From Octopus sinensis (taxonomy: Eukaryota): a stretch of DNA of 64,000 bases. The notes under the pieces are model-generated. The model ran no database searches. It was not told the origin of the DNA and was given only the letters and a program-made list of their open reading frames with translations. The stretch spans positions 144,584,001 through 144,648,000 of the forward strand of contig NC_042999.1 in assembly GCF_006345805.1 (NCBI RefSeq). The letters run 5' to 3'. Below are positions 51,831 through 64,000 of this stretch, in pieces (position 1 is the first letter of the stretch; every line of letters begins with the position of its first letter). The position numbers and the translations under genes are program-made.

Positions 51831-53814
51831 AAATATTGAAACCTTAGGGTGACATTCAAAAGACAAAGTAGAAAAATTTTATGCGAACTCAGAAATTAGA
51901 GCAAGAAAAAAATAAGGTTATAAGGAAAATCTAACAAGCTATCAGATATGTTGGTAATCAACAAAAACTAACATGCTGAAAATAGATCCTACCAGTTCAG
52001 ATTACAGTATGAAGAATAGGAGACGAGGGAGTCTCCATGTGCTAGACATAGCAGGCAAGTTTCCCTAGACTAACACCCAACTGCCCTAAAATAAAGCGAT
52101 TCCTTACATAACCGGAATTTGCTGTCTAGAAAAAAAAATGGGATGATTACGACTGAAATGATCATAGGTTTGCTTCATCAAGGCCGACTTGGTGCTAAAC
52201 AACTTGACGAATAAAAGACAATACAGGTTGTTATTTTTGTTATTTTCAGCTATTTTGAGAGATGGGGTGAAGTCACTGTCTTATACTTTACTTGCGCTCT
52301 CTCTCTCTCTCTCTCAGTTACAATCAATTATAAAATATTTTTGGAGCCTCTACATTATCATCGTATTCAGTTATGAAATTTTGGAACAGTTATAAGAAAT
52401 TATATTCAGACCTACTCTAAAAATCATCAAAGAATGTTGGAATTTTCTTCCAAGTAGACATTATAGCTGCATTTGTTTTCTTTCAAACTTTTGTTGCGTT
52501 TGTTTTTTACAGTTGACGCATACAACTTATCTCAGATGACTCAACAGTACAAAGAAAAACCTAGTAAACTACCTGCTATACACATTGAATAACAACCGCA
52601 CCGAAGTTTTCTAATATAATTAAGTATTTTAATTTCGACAGTATGGTGAAATTTTAAAATTAAAAATAAACCAACTTAAGTTAGATTGTTTATTTTATTT
52701 GCATTTTAATTCTCGACTCTTTTCTAAATTAACTCAAAGCATAACGAAGAACAAAAAAATAATAAACCAAAATTAAGAAGCTTAAAAACCGACGTAATTT
52801 CACTCTTCATTAAAAATAGATTATATAAAAACTTCTTTGTATTAAAAAGGAAGAGGGCGTGGTCTGACTAGATAGATTCATATGGCATGTCATAGTAATA
52901 TCTGTCTAGTAGAAAACAGCCGCATTCATTTACAAAACTATTCAGACAAAGAATAAAGAGTTATGAAGTTCAGTGTTGGCACATTAAAAATAAAATATGA
53001 TGTAGAAATAAGAGAAAAATATATCCACTTCTATAAGATCAAAAGTAATATTTTAAGATCAAAATGCAAAACATCACCAATAATACTAACAAAAATGACA
53101 GGCAATTAGCCAAAAGACCAATTAAGATTAGAAGAGTTGAATTGGGTTTTTCTCTCTAAAGCAAAAACAGAGCAATGAAGTTAGATCTCTCCTAACACAT
53201 ATACACACATCTTTTTAAACACACATTATGAGTATTTTGAGAGGTATGTGTGTATATAAATAAAATACATATCGAGAGGGTGAATGTATATATACATACA
53301 TACGCATACAAATATGTGTAATATATATGTGTTCAGAGATAGAGGAGTGACGAAGAAATTTCAGATTCTTAAATAGTGTTTCAGAAGACTATGCAGTAAT
53401 AAGAAAAAATAACTGAAAGTTAATTAGTGCCATCATATTTTGTTTATTTAGTAAAAAGAACCATTATTAACGAAATTTAGACAGACACTACATAACAGAT
53501 CCGGGATTGGTCAATAACAATAAAAGGATAGATTCTTAAAAGTGGGGAAAGAAAGGTTAAGTGTGAAAGCCAAACTAGCCTAGATCGCGTGACAAAAATG
53601 TGCTTTTGAACATTTGAGCAAGTTCTAAGAACGATGGACACACAATGACAATTAAAGAACTACATTTTTGTCCTTCTGTCATCTTTTTTTGCTTTGATTT
53701 TTTTTCACGATTTTAGGAATATTGAAACCTTATAAGACGAATATACATGTTACAGTGTAATGTCACTGTATTCCTTTTTGCTATTAATTGAGATAACGGA
53801 ATAAGTTTACTCAC

Positions 53815-53817
53815 CAT
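53815..53817 (-). CDS. ARPC4: ARPC4 exon 1 coding part (ATG only)
   Basis: Reverse strand reads cccacaccATG|gtgagtaa. Exons of 3+119+112+96+177 nt give 507 nt, i.e. 168 aa plus stop, the known ARPC4 length. Confidence 0.85.
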
Positions 53818-54130
53818 GGTGTGGGCAGTTGTAATTTACACACCAATCCTTCACTTCTCTCTTCCTCTATGTAACTGTGTTTCTATCTGTCTCTTTCTCT
53901 CTCTATCTAAATGTATATCTTTCTCTTTCTCTCTTTATTTTTCTATGATTAGATAGAAAGAATTAACACTACTACAATCATTCTCTCTCTCTCTCTCTAA
54001 TCCCCTCCCATTTTATTCAAATAGAGGCAAATCACGAGATTCTACGTAAGTCTCGCTCTCTCGGATTTAATCAAGGGAAGTTACTCTGTAAGAGACCTGT
54101 CGTTAGTGTCCATCCTAACCGGTGTTAATA
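53818..54130 (-). promoter_or_regulatory. Likely ARPC4 5' UTR and proximal promoter
   Basis: Lies immediately upstream of the ATG exon, with GA/CT tracts and locally more CpG. The TSS cannot be placed. Confidence 0.45.
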
Positions 54131-54639
54131 ACTACTTAAGATATTCATATTCTCTTTAGAAGATAAACGGTTGTTAGACGAGAGCTAATCCGACACTTTT
54201 CTCTTCACCTAACAAGGTTTCATAGTATTTTGTTTCATTAAGTAAATAACACGAAAATATTCGCTTCATCTTGTCTCTAACAGAACGCTAATCTATTGCA
54301 ATTTATTTTCTTAGAAACTATACATATTCCTAACAGCTAAGAAAACTGAAATATGTAGAATTAGTCTTCTTCAGCAACTCAATGAAACATAAGTGACAGA
54401 TAAACACCCACAATTTTTATCTATGAGTTTGTCCGTTAAGTTGTATTTATGACTTTTACAGACCCTTCTACCTCTTAACTGTGCAGTTTGAATGCAGTGG
54501 AGAGAGTTGGGTTGTCAGTTCCGGTTACAGTGGAGGATTGACGGAAACTTAGTATGGGACAATCTGCGTTCATGTGTCACTTTCAACTCTCTCCTTGATC
54601 AATCTGATCAATTTTCTAGGTATCGCTAACTTTCAGCTA

Positions 54640-55345
54640 GTGCAAAATTCTCAGGGGAGTGGATTGATGCCCTGCCTGTGGCCAACATCAGAGGTCTGCT
54701 CAGTTTAGATGAACTCCACATCTCCATCGCGCTCAGAGTGGGTGCTGACGTCTATAGGAGACTGAGATGCCGCTGTAGCAGGCCCCTCGACCCTACAGGT
54801 CTTCACGATCTGTCTTGCCGCCTAAATGCTGGTCACTTCGCCCGTCACACCGAGCTAAACCTCATCATTAAGCGGGCCCAGGCTCGGATTAATATCCCCT
54901 CAGTTCTGGAGCCAGCCGTCGAGGTTATCTAGAAGTAATGGAAAGAGACTAGATGGTCTTACCCTCTGTCTCTGGGTTAGCGGTAGGTGCCTCATTTGGG
55001 ACATCACAGTCCTTTGCTCCCTCCCACATCCTGGACGCTACAGTTAATGCTTCCGAAACCGAACGGAAGAAAACCCCGAAGTATCGGGAACTGACAGTGA
55101 ACTATCTCTTCCAATCTGTGGCGTTTGAGACGTTCGGAGGGACTGGACCACTAACCGCGAAATTCTTGTCAACGTTGGCAACTCGCCTCACCGAGGTGTA
55201 AGGTGATGCCCGTTAGGGCGCTTGGCTTTCCCAACGCCTTTAACCTCGCCATCGCCCGAAGTAATGCTGCGAGCGTGCTGGCTTGCTTTAGTAGGTTCCG
55301 TTAAACCTTGTGGTGTGTGACCAGTTGCTATGATTAAAAAAATTC
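54640..55345 (+). mobile_element. 5'-truncated CRE-clade non-LTR retrotransposon (zinc knuckle plus RLE)
   Basis: SGEWIDALPVANI, LRVGADV, CRC...G.H..SC...G...RH, KTPKYREL...FQSVAFETFGGTGP; short A-run at ~55337. Confidence 0.85.
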
Positions 55346-55519
55346 CCATAAATGGTTTCAATGCAGTTTTAACAGAGAGATTTGGAAGAATTAGATGAAA
55401 GTTCTCCAGTCATTTTCTCTCATGTAAATAAATGTTTATGTTAATTTTAAAATTTGCCAGTAAAATCTTATAAAACGACAATGTTCTAAAAGATGTACAT
55501 GTTTATATGTTATATATGA

Positions 55520-56150
55520 AAATAAAAATTTTCCACATGCCTACAAGTCTTTAAAGAATTTTCTGCATCATCTTGAGAACTGTAGTGGAGACAATACGAG
55601 TCTTCTGTCGGAGCTGTCTGGGATATTTATATAACATTTCAGAGACTGTTCTGCTGGAAGCAGAAGAGGGAGAGAAAACAACGGACTTAAAATGGAGAGA
55701 TGGTGAATTTATACCAATTAACCGGAATAATTCGACTGAATGCAGTTTTGCATGTTTGTGTGAGTATAGCAACAGCAATGTTCTAGGGATGTGAACTGCA
55801 TTAATGTAGGGTCCTTACCAAAAGTCCAAGGCCGATGTACTTTGTAAGCCTAAAGAAGCATTGTCTTCTGTATGTAGTTTTATAGCAATATATAGAGTTG
55901 CCATGTGAAATAATTAGAAATCGTTAAACCAAGCATTTGTATCCATTCTGAGAGTTTTAGTTGTTGATATCTAAGTAATGAGAGTGGATTTCACGTAAGC
56001 ATAGACACTCACTTTTAGGAAGAATTTGGAATGTCAAGTATAGCCTGAACAATAAAGATGGGGGATAGAATATTTGTTTTTCGGAGAAGGATTCATCTAA
56101 GGTGAGGAATTAAAGAAGGTAATTGAAGACAAAGTTGGTCGTCCTAAAAC
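55520..56150 (-). mobile_element. Degenerate CR1/L2-group LINE fragment
   Basis: IQMLGLTISNYFTWQ..., and shares tgctg(t/c)tgctata(c)..ca(c/t)acaaac with the 42110-42580 copy. Confidence 0.55.
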
Positions 56151-56559
56151 TTTATTCACTCGCCATTTCTCTTTTACCGAAAAATTATATATCAGAAATA
56201 AACTACTAATTATGTCAGTCATTTTTATCTCATCACCTCCGAATCGGGATATTAGGTGAAATTTTTTATTTATAAAAAAAAAAAACCCAAGCTTTGCAGA
56301 CTAAACTTGCTAAAAGTTTACCTCTACTCACTCTTTCGCTACAACTTCCTACTTTAAAGAAAAAGGTTTTAGAGAGAGAAAAATTTGCAAGGCGGAATAA
56401 GACAGCTTTCATACCCGACTTCGGAGAGAAGTCCTTAAATTTTCAATCAAGCCTTTTCGATAAAGATAATGGAATAACATAAGATTTTAAAGTTGTAGTA
56501 GAAAAATATGGCAAAAAAATAAATATGAACAAAGTTGGCCACTTCTCACCCCAATTTGA

Positions 56560-58860
56560 CATCGAGCACGGTGCCTATTGACAGGCAACCGATAAACCTC
56601 AAGCGCGCAGTCAATGCCAAATTCAGTGAATTTGACATAAAAGGTGCTATCCGTCTCTTCTCTTCTCTATCCTCCCTTGCTCCGTGTGACTGAGTCTCTT
56701 AGACGTCTGAAAGAGAAGCACCCACCGGCACCCCCAGATAATCAACTAAACTGTCCCAAGACCCCAGAATACTTGAGATAGGTCTTCACCTGATAACATC
56801 AGAAAGGCGATTTCATCCTTCCCTGCTGGTTCAGGTGCGGGAATTGATGATCTTCGGCCTCAACATCTCAAGGATGGTATCTCCTTATCGGCCGGTGACG
56901 CCGGACTTGAGCTCTTGGAGAATTTGACTCAGTTTGTGAACCAGTTCTCCTCAGCAAACGTCCTCCCTTATATCCGCCCACTATTCGGTGCAAAATTATT
57001 CGGGCTCACTAAACCCAATGGAGATCTCCGCCCCATTGCAGTCGGTTGCACCTTTCGTAGTCTCACTGCAAAGATGTGCTTACAATCGGTCTCTAGCTTA
57101 TTGGAGGAGGAATTTTCCCCCACCCAGCTAAGCTACCAGAGCTTATGCCAACTTACCCTCCTTGTCACCCAAGGTCATCCTCAAACTTGACCTTAAGAAT
57201 GCCTTCAACTCCATCAGCCGCGATGCTGTGCTCAGCTCAGTAAGAGAGAAGATCCTACAATTCTATCGCCTTGCATAGCAGGCTTATCGGGTGTCCTATC
57301 TCTCTTTCGGTGATTAAATCATCACTTCCGCCTCAGGAGTCCAACAGGGCGACCCACTCGGGCCCGTTCTGTTCACACTGGGCGTTGATGACATCACCAA
57401 GATGGGGGACGAGCTACACCTCAATTTCTGGTATCTCGACGATGTTTGTTTGGGGGGGACCTCCGGACAGGGTTCTCACCATTGCAAACATGATAGTTGG
57501 GAAGCTTGGTCGCCGGGTTCTCCAAGTAAACAACTCCAAATGTGAGCTCTGGATCCATCAACCAACTATTGACCTTTTTGCAGAGTCCTTCCCTTCCATT
57601 GCAGTCCCTCCCCCATCTGCTTGGTGCTTCCTAGGAGCCCCAATCACTGACCATGCTTTCCAGTCGAAGTTGGCTTCCCTTGAGCAATTGCTGATAAATA
57701 TTGAAGCTATCGAACCCCATCAAGATTTTTTCATACTTATGAATTACCTCTCGATCCCTAAGTTTCTATATTTGCTCAGAGTCAGCTGATCTTACCGATT
57801 CCTATCGTGCCTCCAACGCTTCGACAATCTAATGCTTAGTCAATGTCAGACTCTCTCCAACGTCCCGCGACCAGGCTGCATTGCCCAAGCGATTTGGAGG
57901 TCTTGGACTTCGTAAGTGTTCGTCCCTCGCTCTCCCCTGCTTCCTTTCCTCCACCCACACCTGCTCCACCTTAGTGAGCAACATCTTCTCCTCTCCAACA
58001 TCGACCAGTTCCAACAGGGAGTTGGATGAAGCTCTCCAACACTGGAGGGAATTGGGCTTGTCTACTCCCGAGGAAGTGGAGGTCTGTCGGAGTCAGAGAG
58101 CTTGGGACAACATAATTTCGAAGGTCAGTTTTGACTCCCTCTTCATCCAGTCGGACCAGTTTTCAAGGTGCCGCTTACTGTCTGCTGGCGCCAAATACTT
58201 AGATGACTAGATTGATGCCATCTCTGTGGCTAATATTGGTGACCTACTCAGCTTGGACGAACGTCGTGTCTCCATTGCCTTCAGAGTGGGAGCTGACGTA
58301 TGTATGGGTTTGATCTGTCGTTGTGGCAAGCTCCTTGACTCCACAGGCCACCAATGCCTTTCTTGCCGCCTGAATGCTGGTCGCTTCGTGTGTCATACGG
58401 AGTTGAACTTGATCCTCAAGAGGAGCTTGACCCGGGCAAACATTCCTTCTATCTTGGAAACATCTGGATTGTCCAGATGTGATGGGAAGAGACCTGACGG
58501 CCTCATCATGTGCCCTTGGTCGCAAGGCAGATGCCTTGTCTGGGATGTCACAGTTAGCGACTCCTTTGCTTCTCACATCCTGGATGCTGCGATTAGGGCG
58601 AGATCCAAAGTTTCTGCGGCCGAGCGGAACAAAATCCTGAAAAACCACGATCTGTCGGCCAACTACATTTTCCATCCTATGGCGTTCGAGACGTTTGGTG
58701 GGGTCGGACCACTAACTGCGAGATACCTGTCTTGACTGGCAACTGGTCTTGCAGAGGTAACTGATGAGGCTCGTGGGGGCGCTTGGCTGTTCAAGCGCGT
58801 CAGCCTCGCCATCACCCGCACAACGCTGCAAGTGTGCTGGCGTGCCTCAATAGCCATTAG
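56560..58860 (+). mobile_element. Degenerate CRE-clade non-LTR retrotransposon (RT, zinc knuckle, restriction-like endonuclease)
   Basis: AISSFPAGSGAGIDDLRPQHLKD, RPIAVGCTFR, KLDLKNAFNSISR, SGVQQGDPLGP, WYLDD, FLGAPI, LPKRFGGLGLR, CRCG..H..SC, RPDGL..PW..G..LVWDVTV.D, AFETFGGVGP; frameshifts and stops. Confidence 0.92.
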
Positions 58861-59689
58861 AGAGGTTTCCCAGCGCCCCCAACTTTTCAACCCAAAGTGG
58901 TGAATTGTTTCGGTTTTTTTCTTTTTTTTTAATTTTTTCAATTGTGTTCTCTTTTTTGTCTAATTTTCTAATTTAATTTTGTAAAACGGTAAACACTGTG
59001 AAGGCAATAAACTATTACGAACATGACGGCTAGTCTCAGGTTATTTCAATATGACCGCTAGTAAACTTACGTCAGAATGACCAGATAACAATATACAATA
59101 TACATATTTCAACATAGTGAATCAGGGCGAACTGAAAGTATTAAGGGCCCTCAGGCATAACTGTTTACCGGACCTCTTAGCGTTGATTTAGTAGAGTTAA
59201 CATATAGAGTGCGGGCGCTCAGAGTTCCGCGCCCGATTGACCGATGGTTCAGTCCGCTCCTGCAGTGTATTGGAGACTATGCTATCCAACGTCTTTCTTT
59301 TTCAAAAGTTTAAGATGGGATATGAGGGAGATTGGTCTGATATTTTTAAAGGATTGAGGGACTGTGTAAAAGCCCCCAATTGATTGGCTTGATTGACTTG
59401 AGAACATTACAAAAAAATTACTGCAGTTGGTTGTTATTCAAAGACACTGTCCGCGCTGAATACAATAGCTAAGCTAATACTGACATATTTAGTAAAATAA
59501 CACTGAAACGAGAGAACAACTCAATGATTTATCTTTATTTGCCATTGTGGGAACATGGCTCCCGATGAATATAGAAAACATCATTTTGGATATGCTCCGA
59601 TTTTATTTGCCTTCTTTAAATAAGCATAAGTTTTACTGTACTTACTAAAGCGATAATAAATCATTAAAAAAAAATATATATATATATAT

Positions 59690-59885
59690 ACAATGATAGA
59701 TCGCTAGCCACTAAACTGTTTTCTATTTTCTCTCTGTGTTTATTTCTGTGTTCCTTTCTGTCGAAGAGCGTAGGCTCGAAACGTAAAAGACTTTCTCACT
59801 TCCCGAGCGTTAAATTAATACATCTGTTCGTTGTTTACACACCCGTCTTCGTCTTTTATTATCCTGTAAATTCTCACTATACATA
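59690..59885 (+). mobile_element. Penelope-type terminal repeat fragment
   Basis: Contains gaagagcgtaggctcgaaacgta and the tail shared with 12970-13030; flanked by TA-rich microsatellite. Confidence 0.65.
59754..59789 (+). ncRNA. Candidate minimal type I hammerhead ribozyme variant
   Basis: CUUU-CUGUCGA-A-GAGC(GUAG)GCUC-GAAAC-GUA-AAAG: stems I and II pair and there is a GUA triplet, but the core has A6U and one extra A. Confidence 0.45.
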
Positions 59886-60204
59886 TACAATATCATACGA
59901 GAACAGGTGTAAAATAATTAGCATATTAAAAATTCCGAATTACTGGAATTAATTATTCGGGGAAGCTATCTACGTGAATAACAAGAATTGATATAAAATT
60001 AGCATATTTAATATAATGAGCATAAAATGCCTAATTAGAAATACTTATATAGTGTGAAAACGCATTAGCTTAATTATTTACATCGACTTTCTATCATTAA
60101 AATACATTCCAGAATCTTTGATTCTTGAAAATAAGAGAATTCTAAATACAAGGGAAGTAACTCAGCCTTTTATTTTTGTCTCCATTATACCCACTTGTAT
60201 CATT

Positions 60205-60302
60205 ATGGACGCGAAGTACGACCATTCCCTAATGGGCATCTTGCAACAAGAGGGACAATTGGGCTCGTTTTTAGATGTTATCATGGGATTTCTATACCGA
60301 AG
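60205..60302 (+). CDS. NUDCD3: NudC-family (NUDCD3-like) first coding exon
   Basis: ATG...CGA AG|gtaaaa; MDAKYDHSLMGILQQEGQLGSFLDVIMGFLYRR resembles human YDQALLGILQHVGNVQDFLRVLFGFLYRK. No exon 2 was found in the window. Confidence 0.8.
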
Positions 60303-62744
60303 GTAAAAAGCAAATTTCCAACCTGTCCTTTTGTTTACCGAAAAATTAATTCTTTAAATGCTTTATTGATTTCTACTTTCATACATCGTACTGCGTTGAT
60401 GACGTCTTTTATTGTCAAATGTGAGGAAGAACTTTCAGGAAAATAGCATTTTTTTTTATGTATAAACTGTCTAAATGATATACAGTCAACTGTGTTCCTT
60501 TTGTTTTCGAGTGATAAGGCTGTTAGGGACAAAATTTGCCACTGTTCACTCCAATTTGAACTCATAATTTCTTTTTATCAGAAATATATTGTCCTGATTA
60601 TTTCTGCTGCTATAAGTTTGTTCATAATTATATGTTTATTTACAACATTTGGTAATTTTAAAGGTCTCAGAGGTATTATTCTAACGATTCTAAAGTATAA
60701 ACATGCTGTCAAAACAATGGATGTACGTGTATGCACAAAATTTATTATCTAATGTATACATCATTAATTAAATCCACGTACAAACATGTATGCGTATGTT
60801 GTTATTGTCATTTAGCCATCGCCAAGCAGACTTGTGAGCAAAGGCGTTCTAGTTATGACCATCTCATCTTTTAAAGTTTCTGACTGCAGTTTCCGAGATT
60901 GCAGTCAGAAACTATAACCTGCTTCATTTTCATTTTTGCACATGTAAAATGTGTAATTCTAGATATAAGACTACACTGTCCGTTTTTTTTTTTTAAATAT
61001 AGTTTAAACTAGATCGGATTGCTACTTTTAACTACTCCATCAATTGCGTAGAAATTCCCTCGTTAGCTTGATACCTATATATTTATATATAAATCCTACT
61101 AAATGGTAGACTAACTAGCAAGAGTGCCTTTTTTGTGGTCGTCCAACCTGCTAGAAATAGCAACCAAATCTTCCACAAATCCCATACTACCATTTTAGAA
61201 AAGTATACGTTGGATGTAGTCAAGGCTACATTATTTTTAGAAGAAGAAAAGAAAAGGCGAGGATGACCATTTCTTGAGTGTCTTTGTCCGCTTGATTAAG
61301 GTTGATAGGATTCAGCTATTTGTGTTCACAGTTCGTTTCATTCATTCTCTTAAATTGGTGACTTTAAGAAATCAAATAGTGAAGTGAGCGCTAGCATACT
61401 TGATGTAGTAAAATATAGTAGTAAAAATATTTAGTTAATTGATGATGAGAACATTCATTAGCTAAATGACTAATTCTGGTCAAAAACGGAAAAAGAGCCT
61501 GGGAGGCAGTTTAGTGACAACATATTTCAGAATTATTAGATCTTATCAGACCAACTGTAACTGCAAGAGCTTACTAGAATGGTTATAGGGATATAAGTTT
61601 TCGTGAATGAATACTGAGTGGCATTATGATTTAAAAGAATGATTTGTTACACTACATCAAGTATGCTAGCATCAATTTTGCTATTAAGCTTTCATATACC
61701 TGTAACCTGGCGTGTTTTTTTCATAATGTCTTTTTATATCCATTCATTATCAACATTAACTCCAGGCTGGTTCTGTGATCTAGTTGTTTTTTAACCCAAG
61801 ACTACTAACTCTGATCAAGTAGATCTATATTAAGTGTTTTAATAGTAACCATCTTGTCTTTTTCTCTCAAACAGTGTATCTAAGATTATTCTTGTATTTT
61901 TTTACCAAGGTAGTAGGCGATGTGCAAGCACATTGGACAATGTAGAGTCTGAAATATATATATATATATTAACTGGATCCCTAACCCTAATCACAGGTTT
62001 ACTGAATCAAACCTATGATTAAGTTTCATCCAGTAAAATTATGACCAGACTGCTGGAACGTCACACAGAGGTTTTTACATTAGTTTGCCATGAATGAATG
62101 GAGGCATTATAAAGGATTTTATATTTAGTTTTGCAATGAACAAGGCAGCATCTCTATTGATGGGGATACAATGAAATGCATCCAGTACATTGTAAAATGG
62201 TTGGTATTAAGAAGAGCATCTGGCTGTACAAAGCATCCCAGAATGGAATGTACAGGCAAGATGTGGATTTTTGAACAGTTATATATGCAGTAACTTTGAG
62301 TAAGAACTCAGTACCATGACAATCTGCCCTCCCCTTGCTAACATGGAACACAGATGTAAAATGATGGTGATGATGATTACAATGCATATTTCTTTACGAA
62401 TCATAATAAGGATAGAGGTTCAGTGAGGAAATTCCGGAATATCACTTTCTTACAAAATATTTGCATTGTTATGCTTTTGTCAGAAGATTGCTCTAATCAA
62501 TGTTTTAAACTAATCAGCTCTAAAGAAATTTTATCTGAAAGTATTGTATTTTATCCATGCTAAGAAATATTTTTTAGTGAATTACTGATTTTTAGTCCTG
62601 AAATCCTCAAGAATTAAATGAATATTTAATCACATAGAACTCCTCATCATCATTTAATGCCCATGTTCCGTACAGGCATGAGTTTGACAGAATCTTATTT
62701 CTTTACTACCCACAAGGGGCTAAACACAGAGGGGACAAACAAGG

Positions 62745-62925
62745 ACAGACAAACTGATTAAGTCAATTACATCGACCCAGTGTGTAACTGGTACTTATTT
62801 AGTCGACCTCGAAAGGATGAAAGGTATAGTCGACCTCGGCAGAATTTGAACTCAAAACATAGCGACAGACGAAATACCGCGAAGCAGTTTGCCCGGCGTG
62901 CTAACTTTTCTGCCAGCTCGCTGAC
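62745..62925 (-). mobile_element. tRNA-derived SINE, well preserved
   Basis: Reverse strand reads gcgagctggcagaaaagttagcacgccgggc...gagttcaaattctgccgaggtcgac...; many CpGs retained. Confidence 0.85.
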
Positions 62926-63079
62926 AGTTTGACAGAATCTGATGGGCTCAAGAACTTGCATCATGCTCAAGTGTCAGCTTTGGCAGGGTTTCTATGGCTG
63001 GATGCCCAGTCTAACACCAACAACTTTACAGTGTGTTCTAGGTACCTTTTTTATGCCTTTGACAACAGGGAGGTTGCCA

Positions 63080-64000
63080 TGTTGCTTGCAAATGTATGAA
63101 AGCTGAGGGGAGAGGCTTTATGCTAGCAGGTAAGGGTTAAGGTATGAAAGAAGGGAGTTGGACAGAGAGGTTCTTGTAGGAGAGCTGCATGGCTACTCTC
63201 ACGTAGGGGAGGTCGACTATACCAGGTAGCATCTTTAATGTACGAGGTGAGTAGGAACGGAGAAATTAGGTGTGGCTTAGGGTTTTCAAAAGTATATAGT
63301 GGGGGAAGAGTTATGAGAAATAGGCAACATTTGTAAGGATTGGGCAGGGTAGAAGGGTGGACACAGGGGTGGGGATTGCCAATTATGCCTGAATTGGGGA
63401 GGTAGAGGGATGCAAGGAGAGACCAGTAACAGGATAGTAATGATGAAACAGTTGACATGGGGGAAAGAACAGAGAGCTGAAGTGTTTGGCTAAGCTAAAG
63501 GAAAAGAGGAGAGAGAATGCACAAGGATAGAATTCAGGGATCTAGTGAGGGGATAGATTAGATCAATGTAATGTGTGGTGGTAGAAGACAATATTAATGG
63601 ATAAGAGAGTGATATAATGGGGGGTGGGATGGGTAGCTAGTGTGGGAGGAATGTAAGGGAGATACTGGGTAAGGTGTCTGAGGTGTTCATTGTGCACCTA
63701 TGTAACATGTACCCACTGTGCTTCTAGTTGTTAGTTTTGCCATGATGGATGGGTCTTCTCAAGGACCACATATCACCAGACATCTTGATCCTTTGTCATC
63801 TCCTCCATGAGGTTCAAGATCCTGCGGTCAGCCTTCACTACTTCATCCCATGCCTTCCTTGATCTCATATAAAAGCTCCAATCATATTTAATGACTGGTA
63901 CACTCTCGGAGTGGTTGGCATTAAGAAGGGTATCCAGCTGTAGAAACACTGCCAGATCAGATTGGGGCCTGGTGCAGCCTCCTGGCTTCCCAGACCCCAG
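63080..64000. mobile_element. RTE fragments: minus-strand 3' region, then a plus-strand 3' UTR running off the window
   Basis: Purine-rich mirror of 31700-32200, minus-strand AWDEVVKADRRILNL at ~63800-63860, and the 3' UTR motif at 63900-64000. Confidence 0.65.

Noticed and set aside
60303-64000. NUDCD3 exon 2 (TDFY…)
   Set aside because: No in-frame candidate with an acceptor was seen; presumably beyond the window.

Overview
Repeat-rich, AT-rich animal genomic DNA, most likely Octopus or a related coleoid cephalopod (inferred from the SINE/RTE/microsatellite landscape). Three host genes can be read by hand from spliced exons: the last four coding exons of ASH2L (+, 6459-12032), a complete five-exon ARPC4 (-, 53817-38617, 168 aa) and the first coding exon of a NUDCD3-like gene (+, 60205-60302) divergent from ARPC4. 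The six-frame ORF track largely misses these. The rest is mostly mobile DNA: a young 5'-truncated RTE LINE with an open RT ORF and an embedded C4HC3 PHD-like finger, older RTE/CR1 relics, tRNA-derived SINEs, three CRE-clade (restriction-like endonuclease) retrotransposon relics, pogo/Tigger and Helitron-like relics, and hAT, piggyBac and TA-type MITEs. The most interesting signals are minimal hammerhead-ribozyme-like cores in Penelope-type termini (one just upstream of NUDCD3), a probable twin-priming 5'-inverted RTE, two independent CRE insertions in the ARPC4-NUDCD3 divergent intergenic region, and a MITE that carries the first poly(A) hexamer of ARPC4. I found no CRISPR array, rRNA or bona fide tRNA gene, and no clearly new multi-gene system. 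All family assignments come from motif recognition, not database searches.
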